Shown here piece after piece: positions 12,321 to 21,344 of a stretch of 40,825 nt of DNA. The notes beneath the pieces are model-generated. The model was not told the DNA's origin. It was given only the letters and a program-made list of their open reading frames with translations, and made no database searches. The stretch spans positions 7,800,647 through 7,841,471 of the forward strand of contig NC_068985.1 in NCBI RefSeq assembly GCF_001194135.2, written 5' to 3'. Each line of letters opens with the position of its first letter. Within the stretch, counting starts at the first letter, position 1. The position numbers were made by a program, and so were the translations under genes. Source of the stretch: Octopus bimaculoides (taxonomy: Eukaryota).

Positions 12321-12535
12321 AGATAAAATATATTTCGTTTTGGGATTTGGTTTGCAAGATTTTTTATGTGATTTCGTGTGTTGAAGCATATTCTGTTGTG
12401 TCTGGGGTGAGTCATGAAAATTTTAGGAAAATGAAAATAAGAAATAAGTGGAAATTTTAACGGTGAGTGTGTTAAATTTTAAGGCACAATAAGAAAATGA
12501 CTCTCCCCAGACACAACAGAAGATAAAATATATTT
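12321..12535. mobile_element. 185-bp insertion with a 15-bp target-site duplication and an internal 25-bp inverted repeat
   Basis: AGATAAAATATATTT at 12321-35 and 12521-35; TTCTGTTGTGTCTGGGGTGAGTCAT (12391-415) is inverted at 12497-521 (24/25). Confidence 0.7.
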
Positions 12536-12763
12536 TGATTAAAATTTACATTCGTAACAAATTAGATATACCTGCTTAACTTCTAGCAACCGCATGTAGC
12601 TTTGTTTCTGGTTCGCATATAAAATTTTCCACCAGTCTCAAGAGGTGATACTGTCCACTTTATGAACCACCGTGAAGCACTGACTCAGAGTAACCTTTTT
12701 TTTTTACAAGCGTGTGTTATCTAATATACATAATAACGCCACAGCTGATTGATGATGAAGACA

Positions 12764-12813
<50 letters not shown>

Positions 12814-13049
12814 ATTAAGCTCCAGATAAGTGAACCCTGACCGAGCAGATCTACAATCAAGACTTTCCATCTGTGATCATCCCGTCTTTTAGTTTGTTAT
12901 TCAGATTTCATTTGCCTAACACCACATTATCCAACAGAATGTCCTTTAATTTTTAGGTCTGGTTGTGAGATTATACGTGTATGTGTGTGTATACGACTGT
13001 GTGTGTGTGTGTGTACGAGTGTGTACGAGTGTAGGGGTGGGGTGAGGGT

Positions 13050-13480
13050 GTCTTTTTGTTTGTTTGTCACCCCACCACGCTTGACAACCGGTGTTGGTTT
13101 GTTTACGTCCCCGTAACCTAGCTATTCGGCAAAAGGGGCTGACAGAGTAAGTGCCCGGCTTAGAAGAATAATTACTGGAGTCGATTTGTTCCGCTAAAAA
13201 CCCTTCAAGGTGATGCCCCAGCATAATCATATCCATACATACATATATACATACATGTATATATATATATATATATATGTCTTTGCGTTTGTCTCTCTGC
13301 ACCGTTGACGACCGGTGTTAATTTGTTTATGTGCCCATGACATCAGTTTAACAAGAGAGACTAACACGATAAGTACCAGACTTTAAAAAAATAATTTCTG
13401 CAGTTGATTTGTTCGACTTCACCTTTCAGGGCGATGCCCCAGAATGGCTGCAGTCCAATGACTGAAACCAGTAAGAGATC
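13050..13480 (+). mobile_element. Two adjacent diverged SINE family C 3' halves (about 13050-13225 and 13283-13480)
   Basis: Both show CGCTTGACAACCGG..TTGG..TGTTTA(C/T)GT.CCC.TAAC...AAGTACC...GTCGATTTGTTC...CCTTCAAGG.GATGCCCCAG. Confidence 0.8.
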
Positions 13481-14107
13481 CAAGATGAAACTAAATGAAA
13501 CTTATGTGACAGAGATTTAGCTTGTATTTGCTTATTTTTAGCGAAGGTCAAACGCTGCAAGAAATTAGGTCAAAGACGGTGTTGTTATGAAGCCATAACT
13601 GTAACAGATACTTCCGCAACTCTACACAGAATCAAGAGAAGTGAGATACTAGAAGTAATTAAGAAAATATGTAGTGTTCCTGTGACAGTAACGTTGGCGC
13701 TGACTAGAAATTTGGACTTAACGTTGGGATTAGTGTCAACAAATCACCAGAGAAACTCGGCAACAGATTTTCTTAATTACTGTATTAGTTTCGTTTCGTT
13801 ATATTATCAGTTCCATTAATTTGTTTGTTCGCTCGTGTGATGCGAAAATATGAGTATGGGTGTGTGCGTGTGTGTGCGTGTGTGTGCGTGTGTGTGTGTG
13901 TGTATGTTGCGCGTGTGTGTGTGTGCGTGCGTGCGCACGCATGCGTGCATGCGTAAGTGTGTATGTTTGACGTATAAAAAGCCTATGTTATCAATGAAAA
14001 ATTTGGCAAAACGAATCAATATTCATATATAAAGCATATCTTTTGAATGTTATTCGAGTATCCTACAATTTAAGCCACCCACCATGAACTATATATATAA
14101 ATATATA

Positions 14108-14933
14108 TATGAGGGGGTACCCAAAAGTAACTGGGAACATTCTCTGTGGGACATCCCGTCGTAGTTCAGGCTTCCGCCGCTAGAATCCACTGGATGCAAC
14201 CCTCAGGCATCAGCCTGCCAACCGACGCCGTCGAGTGACGTCATACTGCCATTTTTTAGATGGCTCAAACGAAGGAACAGCGTGCTTCCGTTAAATTTCG
14301 TTTTCTGCTGGGGAAAACTGCGGCTGAAATCGTTGTCGTGCTTCAGACAGCTTACAAAGACGCTGCCATGACAAATGATGCTGCACACTCCACGAGTGGT
14401 CTTCAGGCTTTAGGAATGGTCACTTGTCGCTTGAAGACCAATCTCGTTCAGGGTGACCGTTGACCTCCCAAACGAATGAAAACATCATAAAAATTCATTA
14501 ACTGATCGTGGAGGACCGTCGCCGAACAATTGACGAACTTTTTGACGACTGCTGTTTCCTGGAGCTCCTGCCAACGAATTTTGAGCGAGGAATTACGAAT
14601 GAAAGAAGTTGCAGCAAAATGCGTGTCGTGAACTGAAAGGACAATCGGAAGTTGATCCGAACCTGTGTTCGAAGGTCATCAATGGTGACGAAAGCTGGTA
14701 CTACGGAATTTGCAGATGTGGGAGGGGGTGAAGAGAAAAACGACGAAGGCTTTAAAAGGCATCACTTCGCAAGAGTTCCGGCATTGCTTCAAACAGTGGG
14801 AAACGCGTTGAGACCGATGGATTCCTTGAAATGGAGAATACTTTGAAGGTGATAAAAACGTAAACAAGTAAAACTAAGTGAATAAAATAATATTGCAAAA
14901 TTCCGGTTTCTTTTGGGTACCTCCTCTCGCATA
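14108..14933 (+). mobile_element. Internally deleted mariner (Tc1/mariner) DNA transposon with both TIRs
   Basis: TIRs GAGGGGGTACCCAAAAGTAACTGGGAA / TTCCGGTTTCTTTTGGGTACCTCCTC in TA context. Broken transposase reads MAQTKEQRASVKFRFLLGKTAAE..., EDRRRTIDEL, KVINGDESWYYG and C-terminal NGEYFEGD; the catalytic middle is missing. Confidence 0.9.
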
Positions 14934-15145
14934 TTTATATATATATAATAATACAAATGATACATGAGAATATGCATGTATACATACATATATGTACATA
15001 CCTACATCTACGTGTGTATATAGATGCATATCCGGGTACAGGACATCAAAAAGGAACGGGAACATAAAGACATCACACGGGGGGTATATGAAAAGTTTTG
15101 AGCCTAACCTAGAAACGGGACTGCTAGGTAGCTGAAACAATTTTT

Positions 15146-15390
15146 TCAGGTCACTGCTTAGAATCGAACCCGGAATCTTGGGGTTAGTTGTCCGCACCCT
15201 TAACCACTAAGCCATATGCCCGTGGGTAATTATGGAGTGAATTTTGAGGCGTATAAACCTAGTATTTTACTATCCTTCCTTAATACCGGTTCCCATATGC
15301 TATTCATATCTTCACTCGGTCTGCTTAGGAGGTTGTTGTGTCCTAGCATATGTGCTGCTTCTTTTGGTTTTCGTATTTTCGTAATAATAG
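15146..15390 (-). mobile_element. Penelope-like element fragment: GIY-YIG endonuclease C-terminus followed by a tRNA-like segment
   Basis: Minus frame RKPKEAAHMLGHNNLLSRPSEDMNSIWEPVLRKD...TP* (stop 15230-32) fits the PLE EN tail RK.KEA......S.PS....W.P.L. It is followed by GGCATATGGCTTAGTGGTTAAG...GGGTTCGATTCTAAGCAGTGACCTGA (15220 to 15146). Confidence 0.7.
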
Positions 15391-15392
15391 CA

Positions 15393-15543
15393 CGGAAAAA
15401 TACATTAAGAATGAGAAGCCAGGTTCGAAATTTCCCCAAGACACCTGATGAAGGCTGGAGGGTATATCAGCCGAAACGTTGTGTGAACAACAAACAAGAT
15501 GAGGACAAATATTCGTCAAATGTAAAATAATGTAAATAATGTA
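15393..15543 (+). mobile_element. PLE 3' end (pLTR) copy 1, inverted relative to the adjacent EN fragment
   Basis: AAAATACATTAAGAATGAGAA.CCAGGTTCGAAATTTCCCCAAGACACCTGATGAAGG...AATGTAAATAATGTA; same unit recurs at 15837-16172(-) and 16177-16381(+). Confidence 0.75.
15441..15484 (+). ncRNA. Minimal type I hammerhead ribozyme motif
   Basis: Stem I ACAC/GTGT; CTGATGA (15445-51) plus one extra A; stem II GGCTG/CAGCC; GAAA; palindromic ACGT in place of stem III; GUU cleavage triplet. Confidence 0.65.
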
Positions 15544-15836
15544 CGACAATCAACATCCCTAACAACCAGAAAATCAACAAGCCCATCATCTACACAACAA
15601 CAGTAATATGATATAACCATACAAGTTTCACCCCTAGCAGAAAGCCAGCAGAATAATATCAAAAAGAGAAAATATTGCTTGAGCTGTCTAAAATAGGGAA
15701 ATTTCCTACTAATCGCAAACAAAACTATCTTCAAATGGGGGAGCGTATCTCGATTGTGATAGTCCCGGTTGGACTGGGCTATGATCAGAGGTTTAGACTC
15801 TGATTTCTAATATAATGTTAAACAGCGTACTATTAT

Positions 15837-16051
15837 AATACAGTTCTATATTTAAGAGATGAGAAATTATGTACTTTATTTACATTATTCACATTATTTA
15901 CATTTGACGGATGTTTGTCCTCATCTTGTTTGCTGTTAACAAAACGTTTTGGCTGATATACCCTCCAGCCTACATCAGGTGTCTTGGGGAAATTTTGAAC
16001 CTGGGTTCTCATTCCTAAGATATTTTTCGATGTTGTTGTTGTTGTTGTTGA

Positions 16052-16086
<35 letters not shown>

Positions 16087-16172
16087 TTATTATCATTATT
16101 ATTATTCAGGTCACTGCTTGGAATCGAACTCGGAATCTTGGAGTTAGTAGCCCGCGCTCTTAACCACTACGC
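15837..16172 (-). mobile_element. PLE 3' end copy 2: tRNA-like head, (AAT)n/(AAC)n, degenerate hammerhead, terminal ...CTCATCTCTTAAATATAGAACTGTA
   Basis: A box CGTAGTGG and B box GAGTTCGATTCC at 16172 to 16106; hammerhead core mutated to CTGATGT...AAAAC (15938-15982). Confidence 0.75.
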
Positions 16173-16176
16173 GAGA

Positions 16177-16179
16177 TGA

Positions 16180-16238
<59 letters not shown>

Positions 16239-16381
16239 GAGTGAAAAATACCTTAGAAAGGAGAACCCAGGTTCGAAGTTTCCACAAAACACCTGATGAA
16301 GGCTGGAGGGTATATCAGTCGAAACGTTGTGTTAACAACAAACAAGATGAGGACAAATATCCGTCAAATGTAAATAATGTA
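16177..16381 (+). mobile_element. PLE 3' end copy 3, back-to-back with copy 2
   Basis: TGACCTGA(ATA)n...AAAATACCTTAGAAAGGAGAACCCAGGTTCG...CTGATGAAGG...AATGTAAATAATGTA. Confidence 0.75.
16288..16333 (+). ncRNA. Minimal type I hammerhead ribozyme motif
   Basis: Stem I AACAC/GTGTT; CTGATGA (16293-99) plus A; stem II GGCTG/CAGTC (one G-U pair); GAAAC-GTT. Confidence 0.65.
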
Positions 16382-16563
16382 TATTTGGTCTATTATTCTT
16401 TATGCAAATCAAATGAAAACTAATTTGTTCAAGCTTTTTTTACAGATCTATTTCTAGGCATTTTGATAAAAAACATAAATATGAAGAAATAATTAATAGC
16501 AGAATAGATTTTTTCACTTTGCCCGGATGGCTGGGGTGCATAAATTGCAACCAGTCTGAAAAC

Positions 16564-16816
16564 CCCTCTTTTTTAGTATTGACATGTATCTTTGCAGATT
16601 GCTTCTCTCCGTGTTTAACTGGGTCTCTTTTCTTCCCGTTACCTCGGCGAACTTTTTTGGCGACAGTGCCGGTGATTTTTTCTCTTCAAAAACGTTTAAT
16701 TCTCTCGGCGTCACTGCCGCTGAAATTCTTTCTTCGCCTGCTTCAGACACAAATGAGTATGAAAATGGTGCAAGCAAAGAAGTTTCCTTTTCTTTTTCTT
16801 TTTTTTTCACAAAATT
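16564..16816 (-). mobile_element. Inverted copy of the Tx1/L1-type ORF1 N-terminal region
   Basis: Reverse complement matches 17005-17251; both encode ETSLLAPFSYS.VSEAGEERIS.AVTP.ELNVFEEKKSPA.SPKKFAEV.GRKET.LNTERSNLQRY. Confidence 0.75.
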
Positions 16817-16859
16817 AGCTTAAAACACCATAAGATATAATAACAATAATTCTCCCGCA

Positions 16860-18010
16860 GAGGGGAATTTCAACAAGCAGCTTCCAAAAAACAATCAACA
16901 GTTTTTTTCAACAAAACAGTAACAACAACTCACCACGGTACTTCAACCAAACAAAACACAGAGAAAACGTAAAACGTACCAACAACAGGAAACTTGGACT
17001 GAGAAATTTTATGTGAAAAAAAAAAATGGAAACTTCTTTGCTTGCACCATTTTCATACTCACCTGTGTCTGAAGCAGGTGAAGAAAGAATTTCACTGGCA
17101 GTGACACCGAAAGAATTAAATGTTTTTGAAGAGAAAAAATCACCGGCAGTGTCGCCAAAAAAGTTCGCCGAGGTAGCGGGAAGAAAAGAAACCGAATTAA
17201 ACACGGAGAGAAGCAATCTGCAAAGATACATATCAATACTAAAAAAAGAGGAGTCTGAAATTCAAGTGGCCACTCCGGAAGAAACAACTGACATAGTTCA
17301 CAAGAGGAGAATCTTGTATAAAAGCTACAACATTGGGAAAAAAAGGATATATAAAACAGAGGAGAAAATTGTGGAAAAATGCCTCAAACCTGGCTCAGCT
17401 CGGCCTGGATCTTGGCTTCCTTAGGTAGATCATTGAAATTTACGATAACATCGACTCGGTAGTTCGGGTAAACGGCTTCTTATCGAAGCCATTCAACATC
17501 AAACGCTCGGTTCGTCAAGGGTGTCCACTCTCCCTGCTTTTGTATGTGATGGCTCTTGAGCCATTACTGCGAAAATTGAGCGGCATCTCGAGGCAGCTAG
17601 GTTGTAGAAAGTCGGTTTCAGCCTATGCGGATGGCATCACCATCATCGTAACCGAATTGGATCACCTACAGAGGGTAGGCAAGGCCATCGTGGTTTACGA
17701 AATGGTGGCAGGAGCAAAAGTTAATCTTGAAAAGTCAGTCGGTTAAATTGCTAGGAATTTGATTTGGACCAGACCTCCAAATAAAGAAGAACTGGGCCGA
17801 GGTATCGAGCAGGGTGACCCACATAGTCAAGACTTGGTCTTGGCGGCGGCTATCCCTGAAAGGGAGGGCGGAGGTAGCCAATGTGTTCATCGCATCGGTC
17901 ATAACCTACCGCCTAACCGTCGTTCTTTGCCCTGATTCGTGGTTGATCAAGTTGGAAAGACAGCTCTTCCACTTTTTGTGGAAGGGTTCGAATCCACTTG
18001 TGAGACACTC
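16860..18010 (+). mobile_element. Internally deleted L1/Tx1-clade LINE: 5' region and probable ORF1 start (17026-) fused to a decayed RT segment (about 17398-18010)
   Basis: RT motifs NIDSVVRVNGFLSKPFNIKRSVRQGCPLSLLLYVMALEPLL, AYADG (from YADD) and LSLKGRAEVANVFIASVITYRL...LFHFLWKG. Stops and frameshifts are present. The ORF1 assignment is inferred from position. Confidence 0.85.
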
Positions 18011-18042
18011 TATTTATATATATATATATATATATATGACAG

Positions 18043-18182
18043 ATTTCTTTCAGTTTCCGTCTACCAAATCTACTGAGATGGGTTTAGTTGAGCTGAGGCA
18101 ATAGTATGAGGCACTTGCCCCCGAGATGCCACACAGTGGGACCGAACCCGGAACCATGATTCTTACCACACAGCTACGCCTA
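18043..18182 (-). mobile_element. SINE family C 5' head (tRNA-like)
   Basis: Minus strand GGCGTAGCTGTGTGGTAAGA...CATGGTTCCGGGTTCGGTCCCACTGTGTGGCA...GGTAGACGGAAACTGAAAGAA. Confidence 0.8.
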
Positions 18183-18184
18183 CA

Positions 18185-18221
<37 letters not shown>

Positions 18222-18235
18222 TTTAAATTAAATGC

Positions 18236-18375
18236 TCACATCTGATAGGCTGCTGAACCAAGGAAGTGTATACAATTTACCGAAGGTATATGTATGTATG
18301 AATGGGTGTATGTATAGACATATGCCTTCTGTAAATTGTATACACTTCCTTGGTTCAGCAGCCTATCAGATGTGA
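18236..18375. repeat. Foldback: 58-bp inverted arms with a 24-nt spacer
   Basis: 18236-18293 versus the reverse complement of 18318-18375: 56/58 identical. Confidence 0.9.
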
Positions 18376-18764
18376 ATATTCAATTTAAAAAAATGATAAA
18401 TGAAACATACACGAACAACTTCTTTCTGGATTTTTTATTTGCATTAGTACTTATGATCCAACAAATGCATCTACGAGATCATGCTTCTTCCTAGACATAC
18501 AAGCCAAATCTCCTTCAAATAACATTGTACCGTCTAAAAACTGGGAAGTGTAGAATGGCTAATGGAGTACAGGTACACTATCAATTTTCCGGCAACTGAT
18601 GATCCGGCATCTCTCTTAATCCAGATATAATTATGAAAGGTTACTTCAATTTTCCGCTGCTGTTATTGATAACATTTTTGCTACCAAGTTTTCACAACAC
18701 ACATTTATTTATTCATTAGTAACATACCATGGAGGCAATCTAACACCATGTGCTAACCCCCTAA

Positions 18765-18843
<79 letters not shown>

Positions 18844-18882
18844 TCTCTCTCTCTCTCCGGAGCAAGTTAATAGATAACTTAC

Positions 18883-18914
18883 TTCAAATGCAAGGAATAT
18901 AATGCCCCAGGTCG
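18883..18914 (-). CDS. Candidate 32-nt micro-exon (xTWGIIFLAFE), frame-compatible with exon 412-572
   Basis: Acceptor tttactctttcttttag| and donor GAA|GTAAGT; phase 1 to phase 0; joined product TWGIIFLAFE-VAVYIAVSM forms a continuous hydrophobic helix. Confidence 0.35.
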
Positions 18915-19458
18915 CTAAAAGAAAGAGTAAATATCTGCCCTTTTCGTTTTAAATATTCGCACCTTCATACTTTTTTAGTGAAGGGTTGGAAGAAGGCTTC
19001 CACTTTTATAGCATGTTTCTTAGTGAATAACAAAATGTGTGCTGTGAAGATTTAGTAGAAAACGAGTTATCAATAAGGTGGCAGCAGGCTTCTAGGCATT
19101 TACCCTCAATAATTGTTTTCTTTTAATCCGGCAAAACGGATTCATCACCTATCCGAACGAAAAGAAATCTAATTCTAATAACTATTTTGTAAATTCATTT
19201 TAGAATTGAATGTAAGAAAAAATCTGCAAGACATTTTTTATGTTTAGCATTAATTTTTTTTTATTCTTGTTGACTAAATTCTAAAGGAGATTTTGTTTCT
19301 TTCTTAAAAACCAGCACCACATCTTAAGAATAATTTTTAAATAAATAGAAAAAAGTAACATACACTAGAATGCACATAAACACATTCAAACTTATACACA
19401 TATGCACGCGCGCGCGTGCACACACACACATACATTAGGAAAAATGGTAGTCAGATTG

Positions 19459-19570
19459 GGATAAAAACTATTTATTTATCACGTGCTTGGGCTCCTTAGT
19501 GGCAAAGTTTGTATGTCACTGAGGAACCCAAGCAGGGTGAAATCACGAGATTAATAAATAGTTTTTGTCC
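19459..19570. ncRNA. Pre/pri-miRNA-like hairpin (candidate) or tiny foldback element
   Basis: Inner stem 19484-19504 / 19514-19534 (21 positions, 1 mismatch, 2 G-U on +) with a 9-nt loop; outer stem 19459-19476 / 19553-19570 (18 bp, 1 G-U). Confidence 0.4.
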
Positions 19571-20362
19571 ACTTCCTGACTATCTTCTTTTTCTTAATAT
19601 ATAAAATCTGTATACCATTTCAAACAATCTATAATACATATGTGTGTGTATGTGTGTGTGTGTGTGTGCGTGCGTGTATGTGCGTGTGTGTGTGAGCATG
19701 TGTGTGTGCGTGTGTGTGTGTGGATACGCACATATGTGAGTAATAATGTATATACATGCTTGTTTATATGCATACATTTATAGGCACATACATATATTAC
19801 AGTAAAGTTCACGCAAACATACTTGACTTAGTAAGCCAAAAATATTAATTAATTAAAACTGATGAAACTGATTAAATACGGAATGCAACGTGGAGACAAC
19901 TCTGTACGTGCTTTGGTCTCATTAGACCACCTCAGTGAAGTTTATAGTTAAATCATTATGACAAGGTCTTAGAGGACAAGAGAAATGTATAAGACTTTCG
20001 TGAATGAATACTTGGTGGTATTATAACATTAAATAACGGTTGGTTTCGTAGTAAATGTAAATTACTGTGAGAGAGAACTAATGAGTAGGGACTCCAAGCA
20101 AAAAAGATCATCGTTATCATACACCTTTAGACAAAATGCCAATGAACAAGTCGTTAACTCAAATATGTTGAACCTGCTTCTTCTTTTCTTCACAGCATGC
20201 TTGCTAGTCAAGCTTATAATGTACATCAACATTACTTCCTTAGCAGGTCTTAGACGAGTTACTAAGTAAATATGCATCCTCATTCAAACGTTTGGTGTCA
20301 GCTTCAACAACATACGGTTCTAACTTGGTGTCAGGGACATTCCGTCTGCTCACATCGTTTAC

Positions 20363-20393
20363 CTCCCAAAACACTCCCTTTACTCCGTCTTTG
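20363..20393 (-). CDS. Candidate 31-nt micro-exon (QRRSKGSVLG+), frame-compatible with 18883-18914
   Basis: Long polypyrimidine acceptor ttttctaccttttccctaccactttttatactttag| and donor GAG|GTAAAC; 31+32=63 nt keeps the frame. Confidence 0.25.
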
Positions 20394-20448
20394 CTAAAGT
20401 ATAAAAAGTGGTAGGGAAAAGGTAGAAAAGCCAACAACATCGTTTACC

Positions 20449-20536
<88 letters not shown>

Positions 20537-20861
20537 TCTCTCACTGACTCACTTGATCTCTCTTTTTCCAGTTTCGCTAACTTCGGTGTTAGCAGTCTCA
20601 AATCAATTTCATCGCTTGATTACAGTCACACTTGCGAACGTGTCAGCTTGAAGCAGAAATAATATTTCCTTACGATTTCTGCACATATGTTCCATAAAAG
20701 ACATTAAGTTGTCGCCCAACGTACTCGGTTTATTTCCAGGACTCCGGACTTGAATGTTAGTGAGAAAAGCATCATATCAATAACAAAAGAAAAAATGTAT
20801 GAAACCGAGCCAATAAAGTACCCTATGTGCGTGTGTATGCATATATGTATGTATGTGTTTA

Positions 20862-21051
20862 TGTTTGTCATCCACCATCGCTTGACAACCGAAGTTGGTT
20901 TCTTTATGCCCCCATAACTTAGCGGTTCAACAAAAGACCGATAGATAGAATAAGAACCAGGCTTAAAAAAAAAGTTCTGGGGTCTATTCGTTCGAGTAAA
21001 ACCCTTCAAGGCGATGTCCCACTCGCCGCAGTCAAATGACTGAAACAAGTA
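20862..21051 (+). mobile_element. SINE family C 3' half
   Basis: CATCGCTTGACAACCG...TAACTTAGCGGTTC...GCAGTCAAATGACTGAAACAAGTA. Confidence 0.85.
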
Positions 21052-21344
21052 CATTTCTTAAAGACTATTATCCAAACTGTTATTCTTATAAGATGTTTTT
21101 GTGTTGTTTAAGAAGAATTTTGCTATCATTGGTACTGTTCCAGATGTTATTCTTATTGTATACATTCTCGTTCTTGATCATGTTATTGTTCTGGTTGCTT
21201 GATTTTTCAATATTCTCTTTCTTTCTATTCTTTATTTATTTTTGCATATCTGAATATCTCTCGGTCTAACTATCTAACACAAACATTCTCTCTCTCGCAT
21301 ACCCTCCGTATATAAACATGCATAAAGCAATTAGATAGATAAAG

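Noticed and set aside
13497-13820. About 105-codon ATG-less open frame on + with an AG acceptor at 13541
   Set aside because: No recognisable motif or matching partner exon; about one such frame is expected by chance in 40 kb
15146-15220. tRNA gene call for the tRNA-like segments (also 16106-16172 and the SINE heads)
   Set aside because: A/B boxes are present but the acceptor stem does not close and each is embedded in a repeat; treated as tRNA-derived promoters
20291-20335. Two TTGGTGTCAG motifs resembling a tRNA-Leu primer-binding site near the Gypsy relic
   Set aside because: They are on the opposite strand and wrong side relative to the minus-strand integrase, the match is short, and no LTR is identifiable
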